Shown here: in pieces, positions 1-8,738 of the stretch
How positions within the stretch are numbered: the first letter of the stretch is position 1
How the letters are laid out: every line of letters begins with the position of its first letter
From: Planctomycetota bacterium
Lineage (GTDB): Bacteria > Planctomycetota > PLA2 > JAEUHO01
DNA: 64,000 nt
Assembly (NCBI GenBank): GCA_965223505.1
Contig: CBDCWP010000038.1
Coordinates: 230,055 to 294,054 of the forward strand
Reading direction: 5' to 3'
Program-made: the position numbers and the translations under genes
Notes under the pieces: model-generated
Databases searched by the model: none
What the model saw: only the letters and a program-made list of their open reading frames with translations
Told to the model about the DNA's origin: nothing

Positions 1-513
1 GTGCTCGGCGCGGCGGACACGTTCCGCGCGGCGGCGGTCGAGCAGCTCACGATCTGGAGCGAGCGCAACGGCGTCGACATCGTGAAGCAGGCGACGGGCG
101 CGGATCCGGCGGCGGTGGCGTTCGACGCGTGCCAAGCGGGCCGCGCGCGCGACGTCGACTTCGTGATCCTCGACACCGCGGGACGGCTGCACACGCAGGA
201 GAACCTCATGCAGGAACTCGGCAAGATCCGCCGCGTGGCCGGCAAGGCGATTCCGGGCGCGCCGCACGAGGTGCTCCTGGTGCTCGATGCGACGACCGGC
301 CAGAACGCGGTGCGGCAGGCCGAGCTGTTCCACGAGACCGCGGAGGTGACGGGGCTTTTCGTCAGTAAGCTGGACGGGACCGCGAAGGGCGGGGCGGTGC
401 TGGCCGTGCGCGACACCATCGGGGTGCCCGTGAAGTTCGTCGGGTTGGGAGAAGGCATCGACGATGTCGAACCGTTCGATCCGGATGCCTTTGCCGCCGC
501 GCTTTTCGATTAG
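1..513 (+). CDS. ftsY: Signal recognition particle receptor FtsY (5'-partial)
   Basis: SRP GTPase motifs DTFRAAAVEQL, DTAGRL, KLDGTAKGG, GLGE; the protein ends after the G domain with no M domain, so FtsY rather than Ffh. Confidence 0.95.
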   Translation: MLGAADTFRAAAVEQLTIWSERNGVDIVKQATGADPAAVAFDACQAGRARDVDFVILDTAGRLHTQENLMQELGKIRRVAGKAIPGAPHEVLLVLDATTGQNAVRQAELFHETAEVTGLFVSKLDGTAKGGAVLAVRDTIGVPVKFVGLGEGIDDVEPFDPDAFAAALFD

Positions 514-543
514 GGACGCATCCGATCGGGTGGCGCGTCGAAG

Positions 544-3231
544 GTGGCGATGACGGCCCCCGCCACCACCCGCCGACCGCGCCTGGCATGGTGCGTCGCC
601 GCCGGACTGGTGATCGTGTTCCTGGCGGGCGAACCGGCGCTCTTCGGTACGCCGACGTTCCGGACCGGCGCGGCGCTGCGCGCGGTGCTCTTCGCGCTGC
701 TGCCGGGCGTCCTGCTGCTCGTCATCGGCGTACGTCGGCTGCCGGCGCGCTCCGCGTGGACCAGCCTCGTTTGGCTGTCGGCGCTCCCGCTGGTCGTCGG
801 TGGTCTCGGCCTCCTCGGCGGCGGGAGCGCGTCCAGCGCCATCCATTGGTGCAGTCTGGCGCTGCTCACGAGCTTCCTGGCGATCTGTTGGCTCGACGTC
901 GGCGAGATCCGGATCGCATGGCACGCCCTCACCGTCGCGTCGGTCGTACCGCTCGTGTTCGCGATCACCGACGCCGTCGATGGCGAGCAAGTCGCTTCGT
1001 TGTACGGCCGACCGGGCATCGCAGGCGTGGCGCTCGGTGCGATGATCGGTGTCGCGTGGGTCTTCTCGCCGATCCGGAGTCCTCGCTGGCGATGGGTTCC
1101 GGCGTTCGCGCTTGCGGTCGGGTGTGTGCTCACCGACAGCCGCACGGCGTTGATCGCGTCGGGGTTCGGCGTGCTCGTCGCGCTGGCGATCAGCGCGGGG
1201 ACGCCGGAGAAGCGTCGCGCAATTCGGCTGATCGCCGTCGGCGTTGCTGTTCTCGCTACATGTGGAGCCGGACTCGCGCTCAGCGACGTCATTCCGTTTC
1301 CGGGGAGTCGGGAGACCGTCGAAGTTCGGATCGGCCTTCAGCGCGCGTCGACGAAGCTCATCGCCGAGCGACCGCTCCAAGGGCATGGCTCGGGCTCCTT
1401 CGCGAGCGAGGTCTTGCGTGTTCGCGATCCGAAGGAGGCGCAGCTCGAGCGCGGGCTCAAGACCGTGCGGCGAGCGACGCATGCGCACAACGACTATCTG
1501 CACGTGGGCGTGGAGGGCGGATTGTTCGCGACGCTCGCGCTGCTGCTGTTCGCCGGCGGTTCGTTCTTTGCCGCGCGAAAGGCGTTGCGGAACGAACACC
1601 CGCTGGCACGGCCGCTGGTCGCAGCGGCAAGCGGCGTGCTCACGACGATCTCGATCGCGGCGCTGGCGGATGGCATGTTCCTGGATCCGGCGCTCGCGCT
1701 CCTCGCGGCGATCGCCGTCGCAACGATCTTGCGGCTCGCCTCCCCACCGTCTGACGAGCGGCGCAGGGAACGGGCGTCGATGATCGCCTGTCTCTTGTGC
1801 GGCGTCGTGCTGTTGGGAACCGTCGTCGTGCCGTTCCGGGAAGCCATGGCCGGCCGGGCGTTCGTGCGCTACCGCCAGGCCGTTCTCGGCGGCCTGACGA
1901 GCGCCAAGGCCGACGAAGCGGCGAAGCAGCATCTCGAGAACGGCGCGCTCGAGTGGTATCCCGACTACGCGGACGCGCATTACCAGCTCGGCGTCAACGA
2001 CGTGAAGCACGGCCGCTTCGACGCGGCGAAGCGGCACTACCGCGAGGCCCTGCGCATCGATCCGGGCATGACCGAGGCCCGGCTGGACATCGCCCTCATC
2101 CACGAGATGCAGGGCAAGTTCCGTGACGCGAAGGACGCACTGCTCGAAGCGGTGCGGCGCGACCCGACGCGCTTCGACGTTCGCCTGCGCCTCGCGCGAC
2201 TGGCGCTCGGGCCGGAGCCGGTCCCGGGCGACCCGTTCGACGAGGCGCAGGACTGGATCGAGGTGACGCGCCTCTACAACGAAGCCGAAGAGATCGCGCC
2301 CGAACGGTACGAGAACGACCTGGCCGACGCCGTCGTCGCACGCCGTCGTGCGCGCTCGCCGGACGATCTCGCCGTGGCGATCGAGCTGCTCGAGAAAGCG
2401 CTGTTGCGCGTGCCCGATCCGGCGCGCCGGACGCAGGAGACGGCGCCGGCCGACATCTTGCTGGAGGCGTTCCGTCTCGCGGAAGCGCAGAAGCTCGGCG
2501 ATCTCGAGCTGCGCACACGACTTCAAATCGCGCTGGCCACGGACTCGCGGCTCGCCGGCCGCATCCTCGGCGAAGCAACGCGCTTCCTCGACGAAGGCGA
2601 AGCGCGCGAAGCGAAGATCCGCGAGAGCGTGACATCGGTGGTGCCCAAGCTCGACTTCTCGTCCGCGAACCGCGCGTTCGACGCGGCCGCGGTTCGTCTG
2701 GCCGCGGTGCTGCTCGAAGGCCTCGCCGACGGCTCGTCGCAGCTTCGACTCGCGCAGGCCGAGAACGACGAGAAGCGTCACCGCCGCTCCCTCGCACGCT
2801 ACCGCGCGTTGCTGGCATTGATGGCGCCGCCCAACTCGTCGGATCGGCGAACGGACGATCCCTCGATGCCGTTCCGCGTGCGCTCGGAGCTGTTCATGCA
2901 GGCGGCCAAGGTCGCCGCGCGCGTGGACGGCGACCGCTCGCGCCTCTACTACACGCGCGGCTTCTCGATGCGCGGTTGGGAGCATCTCGCGGGGGGCGAG
3001 CCGCTCGCGGCGATCAAGGCGTTCAACGACGCGCTCGAGTACGACGCGGCGGACCTGGACTCGCGACACGGCCTCGCCAAGGCCCTCGCACGTTTGAAAC
3101 AGTACGACGACGCGGCGAGGGAGCTGCTCGAGGTGCTGCGAGCCAACCGCAACATGCGCGAAGCGGTCGCGCTCGACCCGGACTTCGCGCCGCTGATGGA
3201 CCGCCCCGAGATCAAGCGGGCGATGCGGTAG
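544..3231 (+). CDS. O-antigen ligase-like (Wzy_C) polytopic membrane protein with C-terminal TPR repeats
   Basis: About 12 hydrophobic segments, PLQGHGSGSF and HAHNDYLH motifs, followed by TPR-like helices (ADAHYQLG...ALRIDP); start may be ATG 550. Confidence 0.8.
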   Translation: MAMTAPATTRRPRLAWCVAAGLVIVFLAGEPALFGTPTFRTGAALRAVLFALLPGVLLLVIGVRRLPARSAWTSLVWLSALPLVVGGLGLLGGGSASSAIHWCSLALLTSFLAICWLDVGEIRIAWHALTVASVVPLVFAITDAVDGEQVASLYGRPGIAGVALGAMIGVAWVFSPIRSPRWRWVPAFALAVGCVLTDSRTALIASGFGVLVALAISAGTPEKRRAIRLIAVGVAVLATCGAGLALSDVIPFPGSRETVEVRIGLQRASTKLIAERPLQGHGSGSFASEVLRVRDPKEAQLERGLKTVRRATHAHNDYLHVGVEGGLFATLALLLFAGGSFFAARKALRNEHPLARPLVAAASGVLTTISIAALADGMFLDPALALLAAIAVATILRLASPPSDERRRERASMIACLLCGVVLLGTVVVPFREAMAGRAFVRYRQAVLGGLTSAKADEAAKQHLENGALEWYPDYADAHYQLGVNDVKHGRFDAAKRHYREALRIDPGMTEARLDIALIHEMQGKFRDAKDALLEAVRRDPTRFDVRLRLARLALGPEPVPGDPFDEAQDWIEVTRLYNEAEEIAPERYENDLADAVVARRRARSPDDLAVAIELLEKALLRVPDPARRTQETAPADILLEAFRLAEAQKLGDLELRTRLQIALATDSRLAGRILGEATRFLDEGEAREAKIRESVTSVVPKLDFSSANRAFDAAAVRLAAVLLEGLADGSSQLRLAQAENDEKRHRRSLARYRALLALMAPPNSSDRRTDDPSMPFRVRSELFMQAAKVAARVDGDRSRLYYTRGFSMRGWEHLAGGEPLAAIKAFNDALEYDAADLDSRHGLAKALARLKQYDDAARELLEVLRANRNMREAVALDPDFAPLMDRPEIKRAMR

Positions 3232-3236
3232 CCGGC

Positions 3237-4178
3237 GTGACTGCGGCGCCCTTCTCGGTCGTGATCGTCAACTGGAACGGGCGCGACGACCTGCGCCGTT
3301 GCCTACGTTCGATCGGCGCGCAGTCCACCCCGCCGGCGGAGATCGTCGTCGTCGACAACGCGTCGCGCGACGACTCGCTCGACATGCTGCGCGTAGAGTT
3401 CCCCGACGTCGTCGTGCTGCCGGTCGACGTGAATCTCGGCTTCGCCGAGGGATGCAACCTCGGCATCGACGCGACGACCGCCGCGTGGGTGCTGACGCTC
3501 AACAACGACGCGGAGCTGTCGCCCGGCTTCACCGACGTCATGCGCGCGGCCGCCGAGGCCGCCGACGACGACGTGGGAATGCTCCAGCCGCGGGTGATGC
3601 TGCACTCCGGTCGCGTCAACTCGACGGGCGTTCGCGTGTACGCGAACGGCGCCGCGCGCGATCGAGACTTCGGCCGCGAGCCCGGTCACGGCCGCGAGGC
3701 CGGCGAGGTGTTCGCCGCGACGGCGGGCGTCGGTCTGTACCGGCGCGCGATGCTCGACGCGCTGCGGGTGCGCGGGGTGGTGTTCGATCCTGCCTACTTC
3801 ATGTACTTCGAGGATCTCGACCTCGGGTGGCGGGCGCAGCTGGCCGGGTGGCGGGCGTGGTACGTCCCCGACGCCGTGGCGTCGCACGCATTTCAGGCGA
3901 GCAGCAAGAAGCGCGGACGCCACTTCGTGACGGTGCAGTGCATGCGCAACCGCATGCGTACGTTGTTCAAGAACGCGTCCGCGGGGTTGCTCGTGCGCTC
4001 GGCGCCGAAGACCGCCCGCGACATGTTCCACGTCCTTCGCTGTGACGGCGGCGGCGCGCTGGCGCGCTGGCTCGGCGCGGCGCTCGACGCGCTGCGGCAA
4101 CGCGGCGCGGTCACGGCGTTGTCGAAGCGCGCGCGGCGCGAGGTCGAGTCTTCTTGGGTGCGAGGCCGGATGCGCTGA
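3237..4178 (+). CDS. Glycosyltransferase family 2 (WbbL-like)
   Basis: SVVIVNWN, VVDNAS, NLGFAEGCN, LNND, FMYFEDLD motifs; GTG at 3237 just after the upstream stop. Confidence 0.9.
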   Translation: MTAAPFSVVIVNWNGRDDLRRCLRSIGAQSTPPAEIVVVDNASRDDSLDMLRVEFPDVVVLPVDVNLGFAEGCNLGIDATTAAWVLTLNNDAELSPGFTDVMRAAAEAADDDVGMLQPRVMLHSGRVNSTGVRVYANGAARDRDFGREPGHGREAGEVFAATAGVGLYRRAMLDALRVRGVVFDPAYFMYFEDLDLGWRAQLAGWRAWYVPDAVASHAFQASSKKRGRHFVTVQCMRNRMRTLFKNASAGLLVRSAPKTARDMFHVLRCDGGGALARWLGAALDALRQRGAVTALSKRARREVESSWVRGRMR

Positions 4179-4617
4179 TCAGTCGATGTCGCCGAGCAGG
4201 ATCTTGCCGCCGGCCTCGAGGCACGCGAAGACGGCCTTCTTCTCGCCGAACGTCATGTGCCATAGCAGCCAGGTACCTTCGGACTCCTTCTCGGTCGCGA
4301 ACTCGTCGAACGACGGCTTGCCCTTCATCGCCAGGAACTGGATCTGCGAGAACATCTGATCGACGCGGCTCTTCTCGTCCTTGGCGTCGTAGTTGGAGCC
4401 GTCCTTCCACTTGCGCGCCGCGTCGCCGCCTCGGTACGCGATGTGGGGCGCGAGCCCTTTGCGGTCCTCGGCCGCGACGGTCGCCAACATGCCCTCGATC
4501 GCCGTGCGTGCGCGGGCGGCGACGCCGTCACCGCCCCCCCCCACCGCCTTCGTCACCGTCGCCGCACCCCACCAAGGCCGTCATCGCGACCACGACGCTC
4601 GTCATCACCCACCGCAT
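4179..4617 (-). pseudogene. Putative lipoprotein, reading frame broken at a G9 tract (real frameshift or sequencing error)
   Basis: AAGGGAG SD, ATG at 4617, signal peptide MRWVMTSVVVAMTALVG-C; this frame stops at 4528-4530, while the body (ORF 4179..4556) is in another frame; G8 would give 145 aa. Confidence 0.7.
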
Positions 4618-4690
4618 CTCGTGCTCCCTTCGTCCTCGACAGGGGCGCGATTGTAGGCAACGGGACGAAAACGGACAGGAGCGCCGTTCG

Positions 4691-6220
4691 TCAGCGCTGC
4701 CGGGCCATCAGCCACTTGAAGATGCCGGCCACCCGGGGCGTGAGCTTGGTGCGGTTGTAGGCGTCGGCGGCGCGCTTCACGACCTCCGCCTGCGTCGGAT
4801 ACGGATGGATCACGTTGGCCAGATCGCCCAATCCGACGCCGTTGGCGATCGCGACCGTCAGCTCGCCGATCGTCTCGCCGGCGTGCCGCGACACCAGCGT
4901 CGCGCCGACGATCTCGGCCTTGCCCTTGCGCAGGTGGATCTTCACGAAGCCCTCGGTCTCGCGGTCGAGGATCGCGCGATCGACGCTGCCCAGGTCCTCG
5001 CGGATCGTATCGATCTCGATGCCCGCTTCCTCGGCCATCGAGGGCGTGAGTCCCACGTGCGCCACCTCGGGCTCGGTGTACGTGCACCAGGGCACGACGA
5101 GCTTGGAGCTCTTCGCTTTCGTCGGCAGGAACGGAAACAAGGCGTTGCGAATCACGATCCGCGCGTGCGCGTCGGCCGTGTGCGTGAACTGGAACCGCGA
5201 TGCGACGTCCCCCGCCGCGTAGACGCGCTTGTTCGTTGTGCGAAGCGCGTCGTCGACCGTCACGCCCTTGCGGGCGTCGAACGCGATGCCCGCCGCGTCC
5301 AGCGCCAACGACTCGACGTTCGGCGCGCGGCCGACCGCGACGAGAACGGCGTCGACCAACAGCTCGGTCGACGCGCCCTCGCGCCGCACCGTCACGCGCT
5401 TCTCGTCTCCGGCAGCGGACAGCTCGGTCTCCTCGCAGGCGCACAAGATCGTGACGCCGTCACGTTCGAGCGCCTTGCGCACGACGGCGCCCGCGTCGGG
5501 GTCTTCGCGCGGCAGCACGCCGCTCTCGCGTTCGATGAGCGTCACGTCGCTGCCGAAGCGCGCGAACGTCTGTGCCATCTCCGCGCCGATGGGCCCGGCA
5601 CCGATGACCGCCATGCGGCGGGGAAGCTCCGTCAACGAGAACAGCGATTCGTTCGTGAGGTAGTCGATGTCGTCGAGACCGGGAATGGGCGGCGCGGACG
5701 CTCGGGCCCCGGTCGCGATGCACGCCTTGGCGAAGTTCAGCGTCGCATCGCCGACCTGGATCGTCCGCGCGCCCGTGAAGCGCGCATCGCCGAGGAAGAC
5801 GTCGATGCCGAGCGAGCGGAAGCGCTCGGCGGAATCGTGATTCGCGATGCCGGCCCGCAGCGCACGCATCTGCGCCATGACGGCGCCGAAGTCGACGCGC
5901 GACGGCGACGCCTCGACGCCGAACGCGGAGGCCGCTCTCACGTCCGCGACCGCGCGCGCGCTGCGAATGAGCGCCTTGCTGGGGACGCATCCGAAGTTCA
6001 GGCAGTCGCCGCCCATGAGGTGTCGTTCGACGAGCGCGACGTTCGCGCCGAGGCCCGCCGCCCCGGCCGCCGTCACCAACCCGGCGGTGCCGGCCCCGAT
6101 GACGACCATGTTGTAATTCGCTTCGGGTTCGGGATTCACCCAGCCGGGCGGATGGACGAGCTCGACGAGCTCTTGGTTGTAGGGATCGGCCGGTTCTACG
6201 ATCTGCCCAGTGCCCGTCAT
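4691..6220 (-). CDS. Class I pyridine nucleotide-disulfide oxidoreductase (mercuric reductase/dihydrolipoamide dehydrogenase-like)
   Basis: GAGTAG FAD motif, GGDCLNFGCVPSK redox disulfide, GAGPIG, HPYPTQAE; no C-terminal Cys-Cys. Confidence 0.9.
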   Translation of the reverse strand: MTGTGQIVEPADPYNQELVELVHPPGWVNPEPEANYNMVVIGAGTAGLVTAAGAAGLGANVALVERHLMGGDCLNFGCVPSKALIRSARAVADVRAASAFGVEASPSRVDFGAVMAQMRALRAGIANHDSAERFRSLGIDVFLGDARFTGARTIQVGDATLNFAKACIATGARASAPPIPGLDDIDYLTNESLFSLTELPRRMAVIGAGPIGAEMAQTFARFGSDVTLIERESGVLPREDPDAGAVVRKALERDGVTILCACEETELSAAGDEKRVTVRREGASTELLVDAVLVAVGRAPNVESLALDAAGIAFDARKGVTVDDALRTTNKRVYAAGDVASRFQFTHTADAHARIVIRNALFPFLPTKAKSSKLVVPWCTYTEPEVAHVGLTPSMAEEAGIEIDTIREDLGSVDRAILDRETEGFVKIHLRKGKAEIVGATLVSRHAGETIGELTVAIANGVGLGDLANVIHPYPTQAEVVKRAADAYNRTKLTPRVAGIFKWLMARQR

Positions 6221-6268
6221 GCTGCTCCCCCACGTTGCGATACTGACGGGAACGGGGGGCCGCGGGTT

Positions 6269-8599
6269 TCAGCCCGCGTTGCGGCGAACGAGCTCTTCGA
6301 GCTGCCCTTGCAGGCTGGCGACGGCCGTTTCGAGTCGCACGAGCACCTCTTCGGCGCCGTCGAGCGTGCCGCCGCGCGCCATGGCAACCAGCTCCGACGT
6401 CGCGTCGATGGCCTCGGGAATGGCGAAGTTGCCGACGGAGCCCTTCAGCGCGTGGGCGCTGCGCTCGACGGCCTCGGCGTCACCCGACGCCACGGCGTCA
6501 CGAACGGCGGTCATCATCGACGGGCTGTGCTCCAGGAACAGCTTCCCGATCCGCACGACCAATCCGTGGTCGCCCAGCCGCTCGGCGAGCATCTCGGGGT
6601 CGAGCGGCGTCACCTCGGACTCGATCGGCTCGAGGCCGGCCAGTTCCTCGACCGTCGCACAGAGGAATTCCGGGTCGACGGGCTTCGGAACGTAGGCGTC
6701 CATCCCGGCGGCGAGGAACCGCTCCTTGTCGCCCTTCATGGCGTGCGCCGTCATCGCGACGATCGGGACGCGCCGGTCGCCGGGCGCCTGGCCGGCCCGA
6801 ATGGCGGCCGTCGCCTCGAGGCCGTCCATGTTCGGCATCTGCACGTCCATGAGGACGACGTCGTAGTCGTGCATCCCGACGGCACCCACCGCTTGCTCGC
6901 CGTCGTCGACCACCTGCACGCGATGGCCACGCTGCCCGAGAATGCCGACGGCGAGCGCTTGATTGATGTGATTGTCCTCGGCGAGCAAGATCGAAAGCGA
7001 TCGCGAAGACGTCTTGGCGTCGTCGGATGCCGCGGGCGCGTCGGCTTCCGGCGTTGCGAGCGCCTCGATCACCGCGTCGAAGAGCTCCGACTGCTTGACG
7101 GGTTTGAGCAACCGAGATCGAACGCCCAACTCCTCGCCGCGGCCGGCGAAGTGATCGTCGGCGCCCGACGTCAAGATCACCATGGGGGTGTCCGCGAAGT
7201 TGCCTTCGCGCATCCTTGCCGCGAGGTCGAGACCGTCCAGACGCGGCATCTGGTAGTCGCTGATGACCAGCGCGTACGGCGCGTCCTCCTCGAGCGCCCG
7301 TTCGAGCGCCTCGAGGCCCTCTACGCCGTCGTTCGTCACCGTCGGCTGCAGTCCCCAGCTCGACAGCACTTCGCTCAGGATCCGGCGGTTCGTGGCGTTG
7401 TCGTCGACCACGAGAACGGAGGCGCCCTTCAGCGACGCCGGCATGCTGTAGGACGAACGCGACGACGCAGCCGACGCCTCCACCGGAATCTCGAAGTGAA
7501 ACGCGCTGCCTTGTCCGACGCGGCTCTCGACCCAGATGTCGCCGCGCATCAGGTGGATCAGCTGTGAGCAGATCGCGAGTCCGAGGCCGGTGCCGCCGAA
7601 CCGCCGTGTGGTCGAGGCGTCCGCTTGCGAGAACGAGTCGAAGATGTGCTTGCGCTTCTCTTCGGGGATCCCGACGCCGGTGTCACGCACGGCCACGTGG
7701 AGGATGATGCCACCGGTGCCGGAAGCGCGGCTCGTCACCGTGACGACGACCTCGCCCTCGTCGGTGAACTTCACCGCGTTGCCGACGAGATTGACGATGA
7801 CCTGACGCAGTCGCACCGGATCGCCGAGAATCCCGTCGGGGACGTTGCCGTCGACGCGCAGCGCCAGCTCCAACCCCTTTGCATCGGCGCGCACGGACTG
7901 CGTGCGCACCGCGTCCCCCAGCATGTCGCGCAGCGCGAAGCCGACCGCCTCCAGCTCGAGCTTGCCGGCTTCGATCTTCGAGAAGTCGAGGATGTCGTTG
8001 AGGATCACGAGCAGCGAGTCCGCCGACGACTTCACGGCTTCGAGATACTGCCGTTGCTCCTTGCTGAGGTCGGTTCGCAGCGCGAGCTCTGTCATCCCGA
8101 GGATGCCGTTCATCGGCGTGCGGATCTCGTGGCTCAGATTCGCCAGGAACTCGCTCTTCGCCTTGGTCGCCGCCTCGGCCGCCTCTTTGGCCTCCTCCAT
8201 CAGGATCATCGCGTGTTTCATGTCGTCGACGTTGCGGGCGACGCAATAGAGCAGCTCCCGCTCCGGATCCGGGACGGCCGACCACGAGAGCCAGTGGTAG
8301 GTGCCGTCCTTGGCGCGATACCGGTTCTCGAAGTTGAGCGTGGGCGCGCCTTTCTGGAGCCGCCGCGCCTCGGCGATGGTCGCCTCGACGTCGGCGGGGT
8401 GAACGAGCCGGAGCCACGGCGTCGCGAGCATTTCCGCTTGCGTGTAGCCGAGCAAGCGCTCGAACGCGGGGTTCACGCGCTTGAAGTAGCCGTCCATGCC
8501 GGCGATGGCGAGCAGGTCGAGCGAGATCTCGAACAGCTTGGCGCGTGCGAACTCGAGTCGCTCGCGGCCTTCGGTCTTGGGGCGTTCGTCGTCCGACAT
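6269..8599 (-). CDS. Cytoplasmic hybrid sensor histidine kinase (PAS-HisKA-HATPase-REC-REC-Hpt)
   Basis: PAS (VNPAFERLLGY), EFLANLSHEIRTPMNG, NLVGNAVKFT, DTGVGI, GGTGLGL, two receiver domains, AHALKGS Hpt; GGGGAG SD before ATG 8599. Confidence 0.95.
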   Translation of the reverse strand: MSDDERPKTEGRERLEFARAKLFEISLDLLAIAGMDGYFKRVNPAFERLLGYTQAEMLATPWLRLVHPADVEATIAEARRLQKGAPTLNFENRYRAKDGTYHWLSWSAVPDPERELLYCVARNVDDMKHAMILMEEAKEAAEAATKAKSEFLANLSHEIRTPMNGILGMTELALRTDLSKEQRQYLEAVKSSADSLLVILNDILDFSKIEAGKLELEAVGFALRDMLGDAVRTQSVRADAKGLELALRVDGNVPDGILGDPVRLRQVIVNLVGNAVKFTDEGEVVVTVTSRASGTGGIILHVAVRDTGVGIPEEKRKHIFDSFSQADASTTRRFGGTGLGLAICSQLIHLMRGDIWVESRVGQGSAFHFEIPVEASAASSRSSYSMPASLKGASVLVVDDNATNRRILSEVLSSWGLQPTVTNDGVEGLEALERALEEDAPYALVISDYQMPRLDGLDLAARMREGNFADTPMVILTSGADDHFAGRGEELGVRSRLLKPVKQSELFDAVIEALATPEADAPAASDDAKTSSRSLSILLAEDNHINQALAVGILGQRGHRVQVVDDGEQAVGAVGMHDYDVVLMDVQMPNMDGLEATAAIRAGQAPGDRRVPIVAMTAHAMKGDKERFLAAGMDAYVPKPVDPEFLCATVEELAGLEPIESEVTPLDPEMLAERLGDHGLVVRIGKLFLEHSPSMMTAVRDAVASGDAEAVERSAHALKGSVGNFAIPEAIDATSELVAMARGGTLDGAEEVLVRLETAVASLQGQLEELVRRNAG

Positions 8600-8738
8600 G
8601 TTCTCCCCCCGGTCGCTACCGGGCGCCACAAGTCTATGAGGCCGGGCCGGTGTCGGCACGTCGCCGTGTCCCGGCCCGTTCTCCGGCGCAGCGAGCGGTA
8701 GAATCCGCGCCTCGGCCTGACTCCAATGAGGTACCCCT

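Noticed and set aside
4691..6220. Mercury resistance gene merA
   Set aside because: No C-terminal Cys-Cys, no NmerA domain and no merR/T/P neighbours
4154..7567. 1137-aa plus-strand ORF
   Set aside because: Antisense shadow of well-supported minus-strand genes; stop-poor frames are expected at this GC content
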